Below, piece after piece: positions 19,361 through 29,329 of a stretch of DNA of 64,000 bases (position 1 is the first letter of the stretch; the number at the start of each line of letters is the position of its first letter). The stretch is from an uncultured delta proteobacterium. GTDB taxonomy: Bacteria > Myxococcota_A > Polyangia > Polyangiales > Polyangiaceae. The position numbers and the translations under genes are program-made. Below the pieces are notes generated by a model that saw only the letters and a list, made by a program, of their open reading frames with translations, was not told where the DNA came from and did no database searches. Where the stretch lies: positions 32,001 to 96,000 of the forward strand of contig CAVQUB010000030.1 of assembly GCA_963716725.1 (NCBI GenBank), written 5' to 3'.

Positions 19361-20184
19361 CAGACGGCAACGTTGAACTCTCGGAGCGCCGCGTTCAAGC
19401 TAGTCTTCTTGTCGGTGCTGTCTTTGCGCTGACCGATGATCAGGGCGCAGGGCACCATGTACTCTCCGGCGGGGAATTTCTTGGGGCGCATCCCCGGGAT
19501 CACGACGCTTCGGGCCGGGACCCGGCCGCGGTGCTCTACGGGTTCGCTGCCGGTCACATCGACGATGGGGGTCGACGCGGTGAGCGTGACTCCGGCGCCA
19601 ACCACCGCTTCGCTCTCGACCAACACGCCCTCCACGACGATGGCGCGGGAGCCGATGAAACAGCCGTCTTCGACGATCACCGGCTGAGCCCCCGGCGGCT
19701 CGAGTACGCCGCCGATGCCCACACCGCCCGACAGGTGGCAGTTCCTCCCGATTTGGGCGCAGGAGCCGACGGTGGCCCAGGTGTCCACCATGCTGCCGGC
19801 TCCGACCCGGGCACCAATGTTGACGTAGCCGGGCATCACGATGGCTCCGGCTTCGATGAACGCGCCGTAGCGCACGGTGCCCGGCGGGACGACGCGCACG
19901 CCCGCGGCGGCGAGGCCCTGCTTGAGCGGGATCTTGTCGAAGAACTCGATGGGCCCGGCTCTGAGGCGGCGCATCTCGGCGACGCTGAAATAAAGCAGCA
20001 CGGCTTGCTTCACCCAGGCGTGGGTCTGCCAGCTCCCCGGCCCGAGGGGGGAGGCCACGCGGATCTTGCCTTCGTCCAAGAGCGCGATGGCCGCATGGAC
20101 TGCGGCGCGGTGACGCGGCTCCTCGAGGAGAGCGCGGTTCGCGAAGGCTGCTTCGATCAACGGGCGGACGTCGGAGGCTTCCAC
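19360..20184 (-). CDS. dapD: tetrahydrodipicolinate N-succinyltransferase
   Basis: FFDKIP, RVVPPG, MVDTWATVGSCAQIG, GGVGIGGVLEP, KKTSLN. Confidence 0.97.
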   Translation of the reverse strand: MEASDVRPLIEAAFANRALLEEPRHRAAVHAAIALLDEGKIRVASPLGPGSWQTHAWVKQAVLLYFSVAEMRRLRAGPIEFFDKIPLKQGLAAAGVRVVPPGTVRYGAFIEAGAIVMPGYVNIGARVGAGSMVDTWATVGSCAQIGRNCHLSGGVGIGGVLEPPGAQPVIVEDGCFIGSRAIVVEGVLVESEAVVGAGVTLTASTPIVDVTGSEPVEHRGRVPARSVVIPGMRPKKFPAGEYMVPCALIIGQRKDSTDKKTSLNAALREFNVAV

Positions 20185-20230
20185 GACTGGCGTGGATAGC
20201 CCGAATCGACCGGGAGCAGAACGAAATCCG

Positions 20231-21037
20231 TCAGGCGGACATCAGCAACGAGACCCGAGGAATGCTCTCGTCCCACTCGAGGCGCGCTGAACAGCCATCT
20301 GCCGCGGCCCGGGCGCAGGCCAGCGTGGGCTCGACGAGGGGGAGGGTCGGCAATGAAACTATCTCTGCCAGCGAATCGCCGACCTCGATCACGAGGCAGC
20401 TGTCGGAACCGCGCCGCACGATGGGCGTGCTCTGGGTGTGTCGGTGCACGAGGCTCGCGCCGATCCCCAACACCAGACCACACACGCGTGGGTTGACCGA
20501 GACCTCTCCAGACAGTCCCGGTTCGATGCCCACTTTGATCTGAGCACCGTCGCCGTGAGACATGGCTGCGTTGCGCAGGAAGTCCGACAGTTCGAGGGCC
20601 ACATGGCTCCCGGACACGGCGTCGTCCAAGAGATCGACCAACGCTCGACCCACCTCGAGCTCCAGGCACAGGCGGGCGACCGACTGCTCGAGCGCCAGGC
20701 GAGCCTTGGCGTTGACAGGTTTTCCCGATGCGCCCACCAGCGTCCGCTCGAGCTCGCGAGTGCGTGGCGCGATCCAGTCGAGCAGCTCGTCGACCGCCGC
20801 GCGACCTCCCGGCAGCCGCTTGGCCACCGCTTCGAGAACGATGCGGATGTTTGCCTCGATCGCGGCGCCGGAGTCACCGACTTCGGGCAAGACGCCCTCG
20901 ATGGAGCGGGGCCCGACGCGAACGCTCTGCAGGCCGCGAAGGAGGTTCTTCACGCTCCCGAGGGCGTCACGCAGATTCCCGCGCGCAGCCGCGAGCCGTT
21001 CCCCTTCGGGTGTCGCGTCGGAGGTTCCGCTCGGCAT
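20231..21037 (-). CDS. hypothetical protein (helical N-half)
   Basis: Fills the ndk-dapD gap on the same strand; no motif recognised. Confidence 0.6.
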   Translation of the reverse strand: MPSGTSDATPEGERLAAARGNLRDALGSVKNLLRGLQSVRVGPRSIEGVLPEVGDSGAAIEANIRIVLEAVAKRLPGGRAAVDELLDWIAPRTRELERTLVGASGKPVNAKARLALEQSVARLCLELEVGRALVDLLDDAVSGSHVALELSDFLRNAAMSHGDGAQIKVGIEPGLSGEVSVNPRVCGLVLGIGASLVHRHTQSTPIVRRGSDSCLVIEVGDSLAEIVSLPTLPLVEPTLACARAAADGCSARLEWDESIPRVSLLMSA

Positions 21038-21055
21038 TGGGCGGAATTGTGGGGC

Positions 21056-21475
21056 TCAGAGCAGGTCGTGACCAGGGAAGAAGTAGGCGCACTCTTTCAC
21101 GCCATTTTCCTCGGAGTCCGAGCCGTGACAGGCGTTTTCGCCCACGTTCGTTCCGTAGAGTTTGCGAATCGTGCCCTCGGTAGCCTTGGCCGGGTCCGTC
21201 GCACCGATCACGTCTCGGTAGTGTTGGACGGCGTTGTCGCGCTGGAGGGCGACGAGCACGACCGGCCCGCGGGTCATGAATGTGCACAGCTCGTCGAAGA
21301 ACGGCCGTTCGCGGTGGACCGCGTAAAAGCCCTCGGCCTGCACGCGCGTGAGGTGGGTCTGGCGCATGGCCACCACCCCGAAACCCTCGACCAGCAGTCG
21401 CTGGAGGATGTGTCCTTGGACGCGCTTCTCGACGGCGTCGGGCTTGATGATGCAGAGCGTTCGCTGGGTCGCCAT
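21056..21475 (-). CDS. ndk: nucleoside diphosphate kinase
   Basis: RTLCIIKPDAV, FYAVHRERPFF, GATDP, GTIR, NACHGSDS. Confidence 0.97.
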   Translation of the reverse strand: MATQRTLCIIKPDAVEKRVQGHILQRLLVEGFGVVAMRQTHLTRVQAEGFYAVHRERPFFDELCTFMTRGPVVLVALQRDNAVQHYRDVIGATDPAKATEGTIRKLYGTNVGENACHGSDSEENGVKECAYFFPGHDLL

Positions 21476-21610
21476 GGTAACTCCGATGATTTTCGCTAGG
21501 TTATCCCGCCCGATGGGCGGGCCTCTTACGGCAGGGCCGGGCCCCGATCAACAGAGAACTGCCTGCTGAGCACCCGGTCAGTGGGGGTTTGTGCGGCTCT
21601 TGCCCAGCGA

Positions 21611-23110
21611 TCAACTGGCCGCGCACTGCTGGAGAAAGTGTGAGCGTTCTCGGGAGGTCGTCCAGCGCGTGAGCGTCCGGACCACCTCGGCATCGTCTTG
21701 GAGCAGCTTCTCGAACAGGTAGTCCTGGATGCCCTTGTGCACCTGGCACCAGTCGCTCTCTCGCATGCGCCCGTGCAGCGAGCCCTGGGTCTCGTAGTTG
21801 TGCACCGGACAGATGCCGCAGTAGGCCGCGTAGGTGCAGCTCACGCAGTCGGGTTGAGCGTCGAGGTTGGATGCGGCCAGCATGGCTCTCACCGTGTCGT
21901 GCGTCATCAGCTCGCGGTACTTGGCCTCGCCTGCCGTGCCGAGCATGAAGAGGTCGTCGCCCATCTCGTGCAACATGCGCCCCTCGTCGCAGGTGAACAG
22001 GCTGCCGTCGTAGTTGTAGGCGAGCTGACCGATGCCCGCCCCGCAGGGTGATCGGATGTCCAAGAAGTTCGGATCGTCGTCGGTGAGGATCTTGGTCAGA
22101 AAGATCGCCGCGTAGCGCTCGAGGATCTCAGAGCCCGCGGCGTTCTTCTCGAGCATGTAGTCGACGGCCTCCCGATAGAAGTCCAGGTAGCTCCGGCGCG
22201 CGTACTCGATCTTGTGCGAGGTCTCGCTGGCGAAACCGAATGGATCCAGGGGTCGCAAGAACAGCGCTCGACAGCCGAGCTCGAGGTAGGTGTCCACGAT
22301 CTGCCGCGGATGGTCCAATGCTGCGCGCGTGACCGTGATCAAGGCCTCGACGTGGTACAGGGTCGGGTCGAGACCGAGGTCCACGTAGCGCTGATTGATC
22401 GCGCGGATCCAGTGCGCTGCCTTGTCGAAGGCGCTGCCGCCGGCCAAGATCCGCTGCTTGTCGTGCAGCGCGGGCGGCCCGTCGATGCTGGTGCAAATCT
22501 GCACCTTGTGCCGGACCAGGTAGTCGAGGCGCTCGTCGTCCATGAGCGAGAGGTTCGACACCATGGTGAACTCGAGCTCCTTGCCGTAGGCGCGGTTCTT
22601 TGCCAGCGCGTACTCGATGGCGTGCTGCACCACAGGGAAATTCGCCAGCGGCTCGCCGCCCTGAAACTCCAGAGTGATACGCGGGGCCGTGGAGCGCAGA
22701 GCGAGATCCACACACTTCTCGGCCGTCTCCCGCGACATGTCGGTATCCACACGGTCCATCGGGGCGCGACTGGCGTGGCAATACACGCAGGTCGCGTTGC
22801 AGCGAAGGGTCACCACGAGCACGTGCAGGTTGGGCCCGTAGCGCAAGAAGGACTTCTTGTGCCGCAGGCGCTGGGCCAGCGCGTTCGAATCGAGGGAGTC
22901 GACCAAGAAGCCCTTGTCGCGCAGACGGCGCTCCAGCTCGGAGCCGCTCTCGAGCTGGCCCTGCATGAGGCCGGCGAACTCCTGCTCGCTGACGAAGACC
23001 CAGTCGCCGAAGTGGGTGGTGAGCAGCACCGCGGCACCAACTTTCCGATGCCGCACCGGCACCAGGTTGTCCGGTCGCTTCGGGCGTGTCCCCAACTTCG
23101 CGAGCTGCAT
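21611..23110 (-). CDS. hxsB: His-Xaa-Ser system radical SAM/SPASM maturase, HxsB-like
   Basis: LHVLVVTLRCNATCVYCHAS, EFQGGEP, TSIDGP..LHD, RSPCGAG.GQLAYNYDG...CDEGRM, CVSC...YCGICP SPASM. Confidence 0.85.
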   Translation of the reverse strand: MQLAKLGTRPKRPDNLVPVRHRKVGAAVLLTTHFGDWVFVSEQEFAGLMQGQLESGSELERRLRDKGFLVDSLDSNALAQRLRHKKSFLRYGPNLHVLVVTLRCNATCVYCHASRAPMDRVDTDMSRETAEKCVDLALRSTAPRITLEFQGGEPLANFPVVQHAIEYALAKNRAYGKELEFTMVSNLSLMDDERLDYLVRHKVQICTSIDGPPALHDKQRILAGGSAFDKAAHWIRAINQRYVDLGLDPTLYHVEALITVTRAALDHPRQIVDTYLELGCRALFLRPLDPFGFASETSHKIEYARRSYLDFYREAVDYMLEKNAAGSEILERYAAIFLTKILTDDDPNFLDIRSPCGAGIGQLAYNYDGSLFTCDEGRMLHEMGDDLFMLGTAGEAKYRELMTHDTVRAMLAASNLDAQPDCVSCTYAAYCGICPVHNYETQGSLHGRMRESDWCQVHKGIQDYLFEKLLQDDAEVVRTLTRWTTSRERSHFLQQCAAS

Positions 23111-23117
23111 GGGCACA

Positions 23118-23135
23118 AGCGTAGCGTGCTAGTGT
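23118..23135. promoter_or_regulatory. back-to-back putative -10 elements for two divergent leaderless radical SAM genes
   Basis: TACGCT on minus (23118-23123), 7 nt before ATG 23110; TAGTGT on plus (23130-23135), 6 nt before GTG 23142; no SD on either side. Confidence 0.55.
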
Positions 23136-23141
23136 TCGAAT

Positions 23142-24035
23142 GTGAAAGCCGCGCGACGATTGGATCTCAAGCTCGGCTTCGCCTGCAACAACCGTTGTCT
23201 ATTCTGCGCCCAGGGCGAGAAGCGAACGGAGTGCGCCGCGCGTCCCCCCGAGCAGCTCTTGTCCGAGCTCCGCGCGGCTCGACCTGAGGCCACCGGGCTG
23301 GTGCTCACCGGCGGAGAACCCACGCTCTACAAGAAGCTGGTGCCGCTGGTGCGCGCGGCGAGCCAGCTCGGATTCTCGAGTATCCAACTGCAGACCAACG
23401 GGCGCATGCTGGCGTACCCCGACGTGCTCGCGAGGCTGGTCGAGGCTGGCGTGACCGAGATTTCTCCGTCACTCCACGGACCCACCGCAGAGGTGCACGA
23501 CGCGCTGACCCGAGCTCCGGGCAGCTTCGACGAGACCACCCGCGGCATCGAGAACGCGGTCACGGCCGGGCTTTCCGTCCTCACCAACAGCGTGATCACT
23601 CGAAGCAACGTCGAACTGCTGGGGGAGACCGTCGAGCTGCTGGCGGGCCTCGGCGTACGCTCGGCGCAGCTCGCCTTCGTGCACCCGGTGGGGACGGCGC
23701 TCGAGGAGTTCGACGAGGTCGTGCCGCGCCTCTCGGCGGTGGTGGAGCCGCTTCGGCGTGCGCGCGGCGTTGCTCTCGAGCACGGTGTCCGACTGTGCAC
23801 CGAAGCGATCCCGGTTTGCTTCCTGCGGGGCATGGAGGAGCTCGCAGTGGAGGCGTGCATTCCCCTCACCACCGTCAGCGACCTCGCGGGTCGGCTCGAC
23901 TATTCGGCGTGGCGAGTTGCCGAAGGCAAAGCGCACGGCCCGCCCTGCGAAGCCTGCGCGGCGCGTCCAGGCTGCGAGGGGCCTTGGCGCGAGTATCCGG
24001 AGCGACGTGGGTGGAGCGAGATGCAGCCGCTGTGA
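23142..24035 (+). CDS. radical SAM protein, HxsC-like
   Basis: LGFACNNRCLFC, TGGEPT, LQTNGRML, SLHG...HDALT, C-terminal CEAC....CEG. Confidence 0.85.
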   Translation: MKAARRLDLKLGFACNNRCLFCAQGEKRTECAARPPEQLLSELRAARPEATGLVLTGGEPTLYKKLVPLVRAASQLGFSSIQLQTNGRMLAYPDVLARLVEAGVTEISPSLHGPTAEVHDALTRAPGSFDETTRGIENAVTAGLSVLTNSVITRSNVELLGETVELLAGLGVRSAQLAFVHPVGTALEEFDEVVPRLSAVVEPLRRARGVALEHGVRLCTEAIPVCFLRGMEELAVEACIPLTTVSDLAGRLDYSAWRVAEGKAHGPPCEACAARPGCEGPWREYPERRGWSEMQPL

Positions 24036-24048
24036 CCGGGCCGAGCGA

Positions 24049-24942
24049 TCAGAGCATGCTCTTCAGCGTTGTGCCCATGTCGCTCGGCGTTGGGGCGACC
24101 TTCACGCCCGCCGCAATGAGCGCGGCGATCTTGTCTGCCGCGGTGCCCTTGCCGCCGCTGATGATGGCGCCGGCGTGACCCATGCGCTTGCCCTCGGGTG
24201 CGGTGGTGCCCGCAATGAAGCCCGCCACGGGCTTCTTGAAGTGGGCCTTGATGTACTCGGCCGCGTGCTCTTCGGCGGTTCCACCGATCTCGCCGATCAT
24301 GATCACACCCTCGGTGTTCGGATCTTCGTTGAACAGCTTGAGAACATCCACGAAGTCGGTGCCGTTCACCGGATCGCCACCGATGCCGACGCAGGTGCTC
24401 TGGCCGATGCCCAGCGCCGTGAGCTGACCGACGGCCTCGTAGGTGAGGGTGCCCGAACGGCTGACCACGCCGATCTTGCCGGGCTTGTGGATGTGTCCCG
24501 GCATGATGCCGATCTTGCATTCGCCCGGCGTGATCACTCCGGGGCAGTTCGGGCCGACCAGGCGCACGTTTCGGCCTTCGAGCACGCGACGTGCGCGGAT
24601 CATGTCCATCACCGGGATGCCTTCGGTGATGGCGATGACGAGGCGGCAGCCGGCGTCGGCGGCTTCGAGGATCGAGTCCGCGGCTCCGAGGGCTGGAACG
24701 AAGATGCACGACGAGTCGGCGCCGGTCTGCTTCACGGCGTCGGCCATGGTGTCGAAGACCGGGATCTTCACCTTCTTGCCGTCGGGGCCCTCGGCCTCGA
24801 AGGTCTCTCCGCCTCGGCCCGGCGTGCAGCCGGCGACGACCTGGGTGCCGTAGGCGATGCACTGCTTGGCGTGGAAGGAACCGGCCGAGCCGGTGATGCC
24901 CTGGATGACGAGGCGAGTCTGCTTGTTGACGAGGATTGCCAT
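24049..24942 (-). CDS. sucD: succinyl-CoA synthetase alpha subunit
   Basis: [34 protein letters not shown]. Confidence 0.97.
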   Translation of the reverse strand: MAILVNKQTRLVIQGITGSAGSFHAKQCIAYGTQVVAGCTPGRGGETFEAEGPDGKKVKIPVFDTMADAVKQTGADSSCIFVPALGAADSILEAADAGCRLVIAITEGIPVMDMIRARRVLEGRNVRLVGPNCPGVITPGECKIGIMPGHIHKPGKIGVVSRSGTLTYEAVGQLTALGIGQSTCVGIGGDPVNGTDFVDVLKLFNEDPNTEGVIMIGEIGGTAEEHAAEYIKAHFKKPVAGFIAGTTAPEGKRMGHAGAIISGGKGTAADKIAALIAAGVKVAPTPSDMGTTLKSML

Positions 24943-24959
24943 GGTTCGTGTGCTTTCGC

Positions 24960-26159
<1,200 letters not shown>

Positions 26160-26283
26160 GACAGGTCGAGCGCGTAGATCGGCGCTCGGCCGGGGGCAAG
26201 CGTTGGCTGGAGACGTTCGCGGGCGAGGTGGAACGCTGCCGCCGGAGCCTGCCTGTCGAGCGCTCCGACGCCAGTGGCAGCCT

Positions 26284-27813
26284 TCAGCGGCAATCTGCGA
26301 GGCACGAGACGCTTTTGCTCTTGCAGTCGCCGTTGCAGTAGAGGTTGCACTCGAGCAGGGTGTCGCAGAACTGCACTTTGCCTTCAGCGAAGGTGTCGTC
26401 GCAGACCGCGCCGATCTGCTGATGGGTGGTGCAGCCCGGGATCAGTTTTCCCCGCACCGCGGAGAGGTCGCTCAGGATCTTCGGGTCCAGGGTTCCCTCG
26501 CACTTCTTGCCCTTCCACGACGTGCTCAACTTCTTCCCGAGACAGGCCGCGATGTGACACTCGGTCGGCGAGGTGCCGAAACAGGCGTACTCGCAGGCCT
26601 CGGTCGGATCCGACAGGCGGCGGGCGTCGTCATTGTCCTTCAAGGCCGCCTCCGTATTGGCGTCGTGGGTTCCGTCGAAGTGCAGGAGTTCGTGAAACGC
26701 GGTCCCCAAGGATTCCGCGTGTGTGGGCGATTCTTTGAACATCTTCGTGTGGAACGCCAGACGGAACTTCTTGTTGTTGTACAGGTTGGCAAAGCCGCGG
26801 TCGTTGAAGGCAATGAAGCCCTGGTCGACATCGGTGCACTCGATCTTCTGCAACTTGTGCGTGAAGATGTTGAGCACTTCGTGCCCCTGAGCGTTCCGTC
26901 CCATCGCAGACAGACACTCGGCGCCCTTGGAAGCGGCGGTTCCGAGCGTCTCCATGAGGCTCTCGCGCTCTGCATCTGAGCAGTCGCGCGTCTGGGAGTC
27001 CTTGGCCGGCTGCTTGCTGTTGAGGTCCTTGACCGGGGGCTTGTCTTTGGGGAATTCGCAGACCGCCTGGCTCACGGGGGCCCAGGTCGTCGTGACCTCC
27101 GGCGCGCCGCCGGTATCGAAGCGCTCGACCTTGATGTCGTAGAACCACTGGTCCGCCGTGAGCGTCACCGTTCGCCGCCACTGCACCCCACCCGCAGTCG
27201 CGTGCACCTCGGCCACCGACTGTTTCTCGTACGCTGAAGTAGTGCGGTACTCGAAGAACTGGTCGGCATTCATGTCCGCGTAGAAGCTCTCGCCGGTGGC
27301 CGAGGGGACCCAAGCCGAGAGCGCACCGGTGTAGGGCGACAGCTGGGTCGGATCGGTGGTCGTCACGACCGCGTAGGGCGGCGAGACGATCCAGACGCTC
27401 TTCACGCTCGTTACGTCGCGGTCCACGAACATGCGCGTGCAGCCTGAGGTGGACAGCGGCAGATCCGTTGCACCTTGAGCAAACTTGTCCCGAGCAGCTC
27501 CGAGCAGCTTCGAGTCTACGGGATCGCCGACGTAGTTCACATCCGACGTGATGCAGATCAACGCCAACTCATCGAGCTTCTCCTTGATGTCCGCTGGCGG
27601 CGCCGGGCCTCCGATCGGACCGCCGGCGCTGCCGCCGGTCCCTCCGGCACCGTAGCCGGCCTCGCCACCCACGCCGTAGCCCGCCTCGCCCCCGAGCCCC
27701 GAGTCCGGACCGAGTCCGGAGCCGCCGGAGTTGGAGCTGCCGCAACCTCCCGCCAAGAGCACCGCCGAAGCGCCGCTGGTCACGACCACGCCCAAGAAAG
27801 CAGAGACCTTCAT
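26284..27813 (-). CDS. lipoprotein with C-terminal HExxH (zincin-like) Cys-rich domain
   Basis: VLLAGGC lipobox, Gly linker (GGEAGYG x2), TAFHELLHF, many paired Cys. Confidence 0.7.
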   Translation of the reverse strand: MKVSAFLGVVVTSGASAVLLAGGCGSSNSGGSGLGPDSGLGGEAGYGVGGEAGYGAGGTGGSAGGPIGGPAPPADIKEKLDELALICITSDVNYVGDPVDSKLLGAARDKFAQGATDLPLSTSGCTRMFVDRDVTSVKSVWIVSPPYAVVTTTDPTQLSPYTGALSAWVPSATGESFYADMNADQFFEYRTTSAYEKQSVAEVHATAGGVQWRRTVTLTADQWFYDIKVERFDTGGAPEVTTTWAPVSQAVCEFPKDKPPVKDLNSKQPAKDSQTRDCSDAERESLMETLGTAASKGAECLSAMGRNAQGHEVLNIFTHKLQKIECTDVDQGFIAFNDRGFANLYNNKKFRLAFHTKMFKESPTHAESLGTAFHELLHFDGTHDANTEAALKDNDDARRLSDPTEACEYACFGTSPTECHIAACLGKKLSTSWKGKKCEGTLDPKILSDLSAVRGKLIPGCTTHQQIGAVCDDTFAEGKVQFCDTLLECNLYCNGDCKSKSVSCLADCR

Positions 27814-27901
27814 CGCGAGAGGCTAACGCGAGATGGATCCGGCGCGTAGGTCATTTTCGAAGTCGTTCGAGCATGTTCGGCCGACCGTCCGGCGCCTCAT
27901 C

Positions 27902-29329
27902 TCAAACGAACGCGCGTGCCACGTTGAACCGCGTCTCTCGCGCCGAGAGCACACGGCGGATCGCGGCCAGCGGGCGACCCTCCGGGCGGGCGCCGAGATC
28001 GAGTTCGGTGGCGGACGAGAGCGGCTGACCGCGCGCATCGGTCACCACCCGCAAGACCGGCTGCGTGGCGGATCGCGGTGACGAGCCGATCACCACGGCC
28101 CACTCGCCGGAGTCGAGTTCGACCACGCTGCCGGCGGGGATCAGTCCCAGCGTGCGCACCAGGAGCTGGAGCAGGAAGCGATCGGTGGTGCGGTCCGCGG
28201 CCATCGCATCCAGCGCTTCTGCTGGAGAGAGCGCGTCGCGTGCGTCGTGCGGTGCGAGATGGTCGACGAGCTTGCGCACGAACACGAGGATCTCGGCTTG
28301 AGGTAGGGGCTCTTCGCGGAGCTTCGCGCCGGGGTGGGACACGCGGCTCTCGAGCCAGGTCGTCTCGTAGGCGGTCACGGCTCGCTCCGCGCTGTGGGGG
28401 TTGATGCCGCCTGTCGCGACGCAAACCAACGCGGTGACGGCAGGCACCAATGCTTCGTCGCTGTCCGACAGGCCGCCAAGCGGGCTCGGTGAACGCGCTT
28501 CGAGTCGTCGCCGCCCGCTGTCGGCCAAGAGCGCGGTGGTCGCGAGGCGCACCAGGTGCTGGCGCTCGGTCGTGATCTCGCGCGCCAAGAGCGCGGCGAG
28601 GATCGCGGTCTGTACCGAACGGGCGGCGGTGTCACGGTGCGCGGACGCGAGAGCGGAGATTCCCAGCAAAGCCGGGTTCTTCTCTTCGACCAGCATGACC
28701 ATGCGTTGAGCGAGGCGCTTGACTCGATGCGGGACGAGACGGCGCCCCGCCGAGACGTCGTCGTAGAAGCGGCGCATGGCCACCAGCGCGGTGGCGTAGA
28801 AGCGCACCACGCGCTCGGAGGGCAAGTTGGTGTCGTCTTGCCGGCGCTGCAGCAGCGCGGGCTCCACGGCTCTGAGCGAAACGCCCGGGATCTTGGCGTT
28901 CACCAGGGCTTGCCGGCGTTCGGGATCGCGCAAGGCCACGGCCAGCGCTTCACCAAAGGCGTACAGTCCCTCGCTCGTGAGGTGGGGCTCGAAGCTCAGC
29001 TCCGAGACGCCCGCTCGTGCCAAGATCTTCCCGAGCTCGGTCGCGGACTCGTACACGCCTCGCGACGCTCGGAGCAGCTGACCGCACACGAAGATGGTGT
29101 CGTCGGCGAAGGTGACGGTCGCCGCGCTGCCCACTTCGCGGGCGAACGCCGTGAGGGTCTCCAGCGCTCTGGCCATGGACTCCGTCACGGCGTCGTTGTC
29201 CATCTGGTGCACCAAGGCGTTCTTGGCGAGCCGGAAGACGGCCAAGGTGACGTCCGCGCCGCGATCTTGGATCTGCTCCGCCAAGGCGTTGGGGGCCAGG
29301 CTCGGCAAGAGCGGAGCGGCCGCGCTCAA
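27902..29329 (-). CDS. degenerate HD-GYP-like protein
   Basis: TTG start overlaps kinase TGA with GGAGGG SD; LLADSG where LLHDxG is expected; tail GLIPAGSVVELDSGEWAVV typical of HD-GYP C-termini. Confidence 0.65.
   Translation of the reverse strand: MSAAAPLLPSLAPNALAEQIQDRGADVTLAVFRLAKNALVHQMDNDAVTESMARALETLTAFAREVGSAATVTFADDTIFVCGQLLRASRGVYESATELGKILARAGVSELSFEPHLTSEGLYAFGEALAVALRDPERRQALVNAKIPGVSLRAVEPALLQRRQDDTNLPSERVVRFYATALVAMRRFYDDVSAGRRLVPHRVKRLAQRMVMLVEEKNPALLGISALASAHRDTAARSVQTAILAALLAREITTERQHLVRLATTALLADSGRRRLEARSPSPLGGLSDSDEALVPAVTALVCVATGGINPHSAERAVTAYETTWLESRVSHPGAKLREEPLPQAEILVFVRKLVDHLAPHDARDALSPAEALDAMAADRTTDRFLLQLLVRTLGLIPAGSVVELDSGEWAVVIGSSPRSATQPVLRVVTDARGQPLSSATELDLGARPEGRPLAAIRRVLSARETRFNVARAFV

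Noticed and set aside
20231..21037. Possible degenerate histidine-kinase fold
   Set aside because: No H-box or N/G1/G2 boxes identifiable; left as hypothetical
21476..21610. Gap downstream of hxsB searched for an HxsA precursor or structured RNA
   Set aside because: No His-Xaa-Ser ORF; only a short GC hairpin (cccgccc-gat-gggcggg) with no U-tract or family signature
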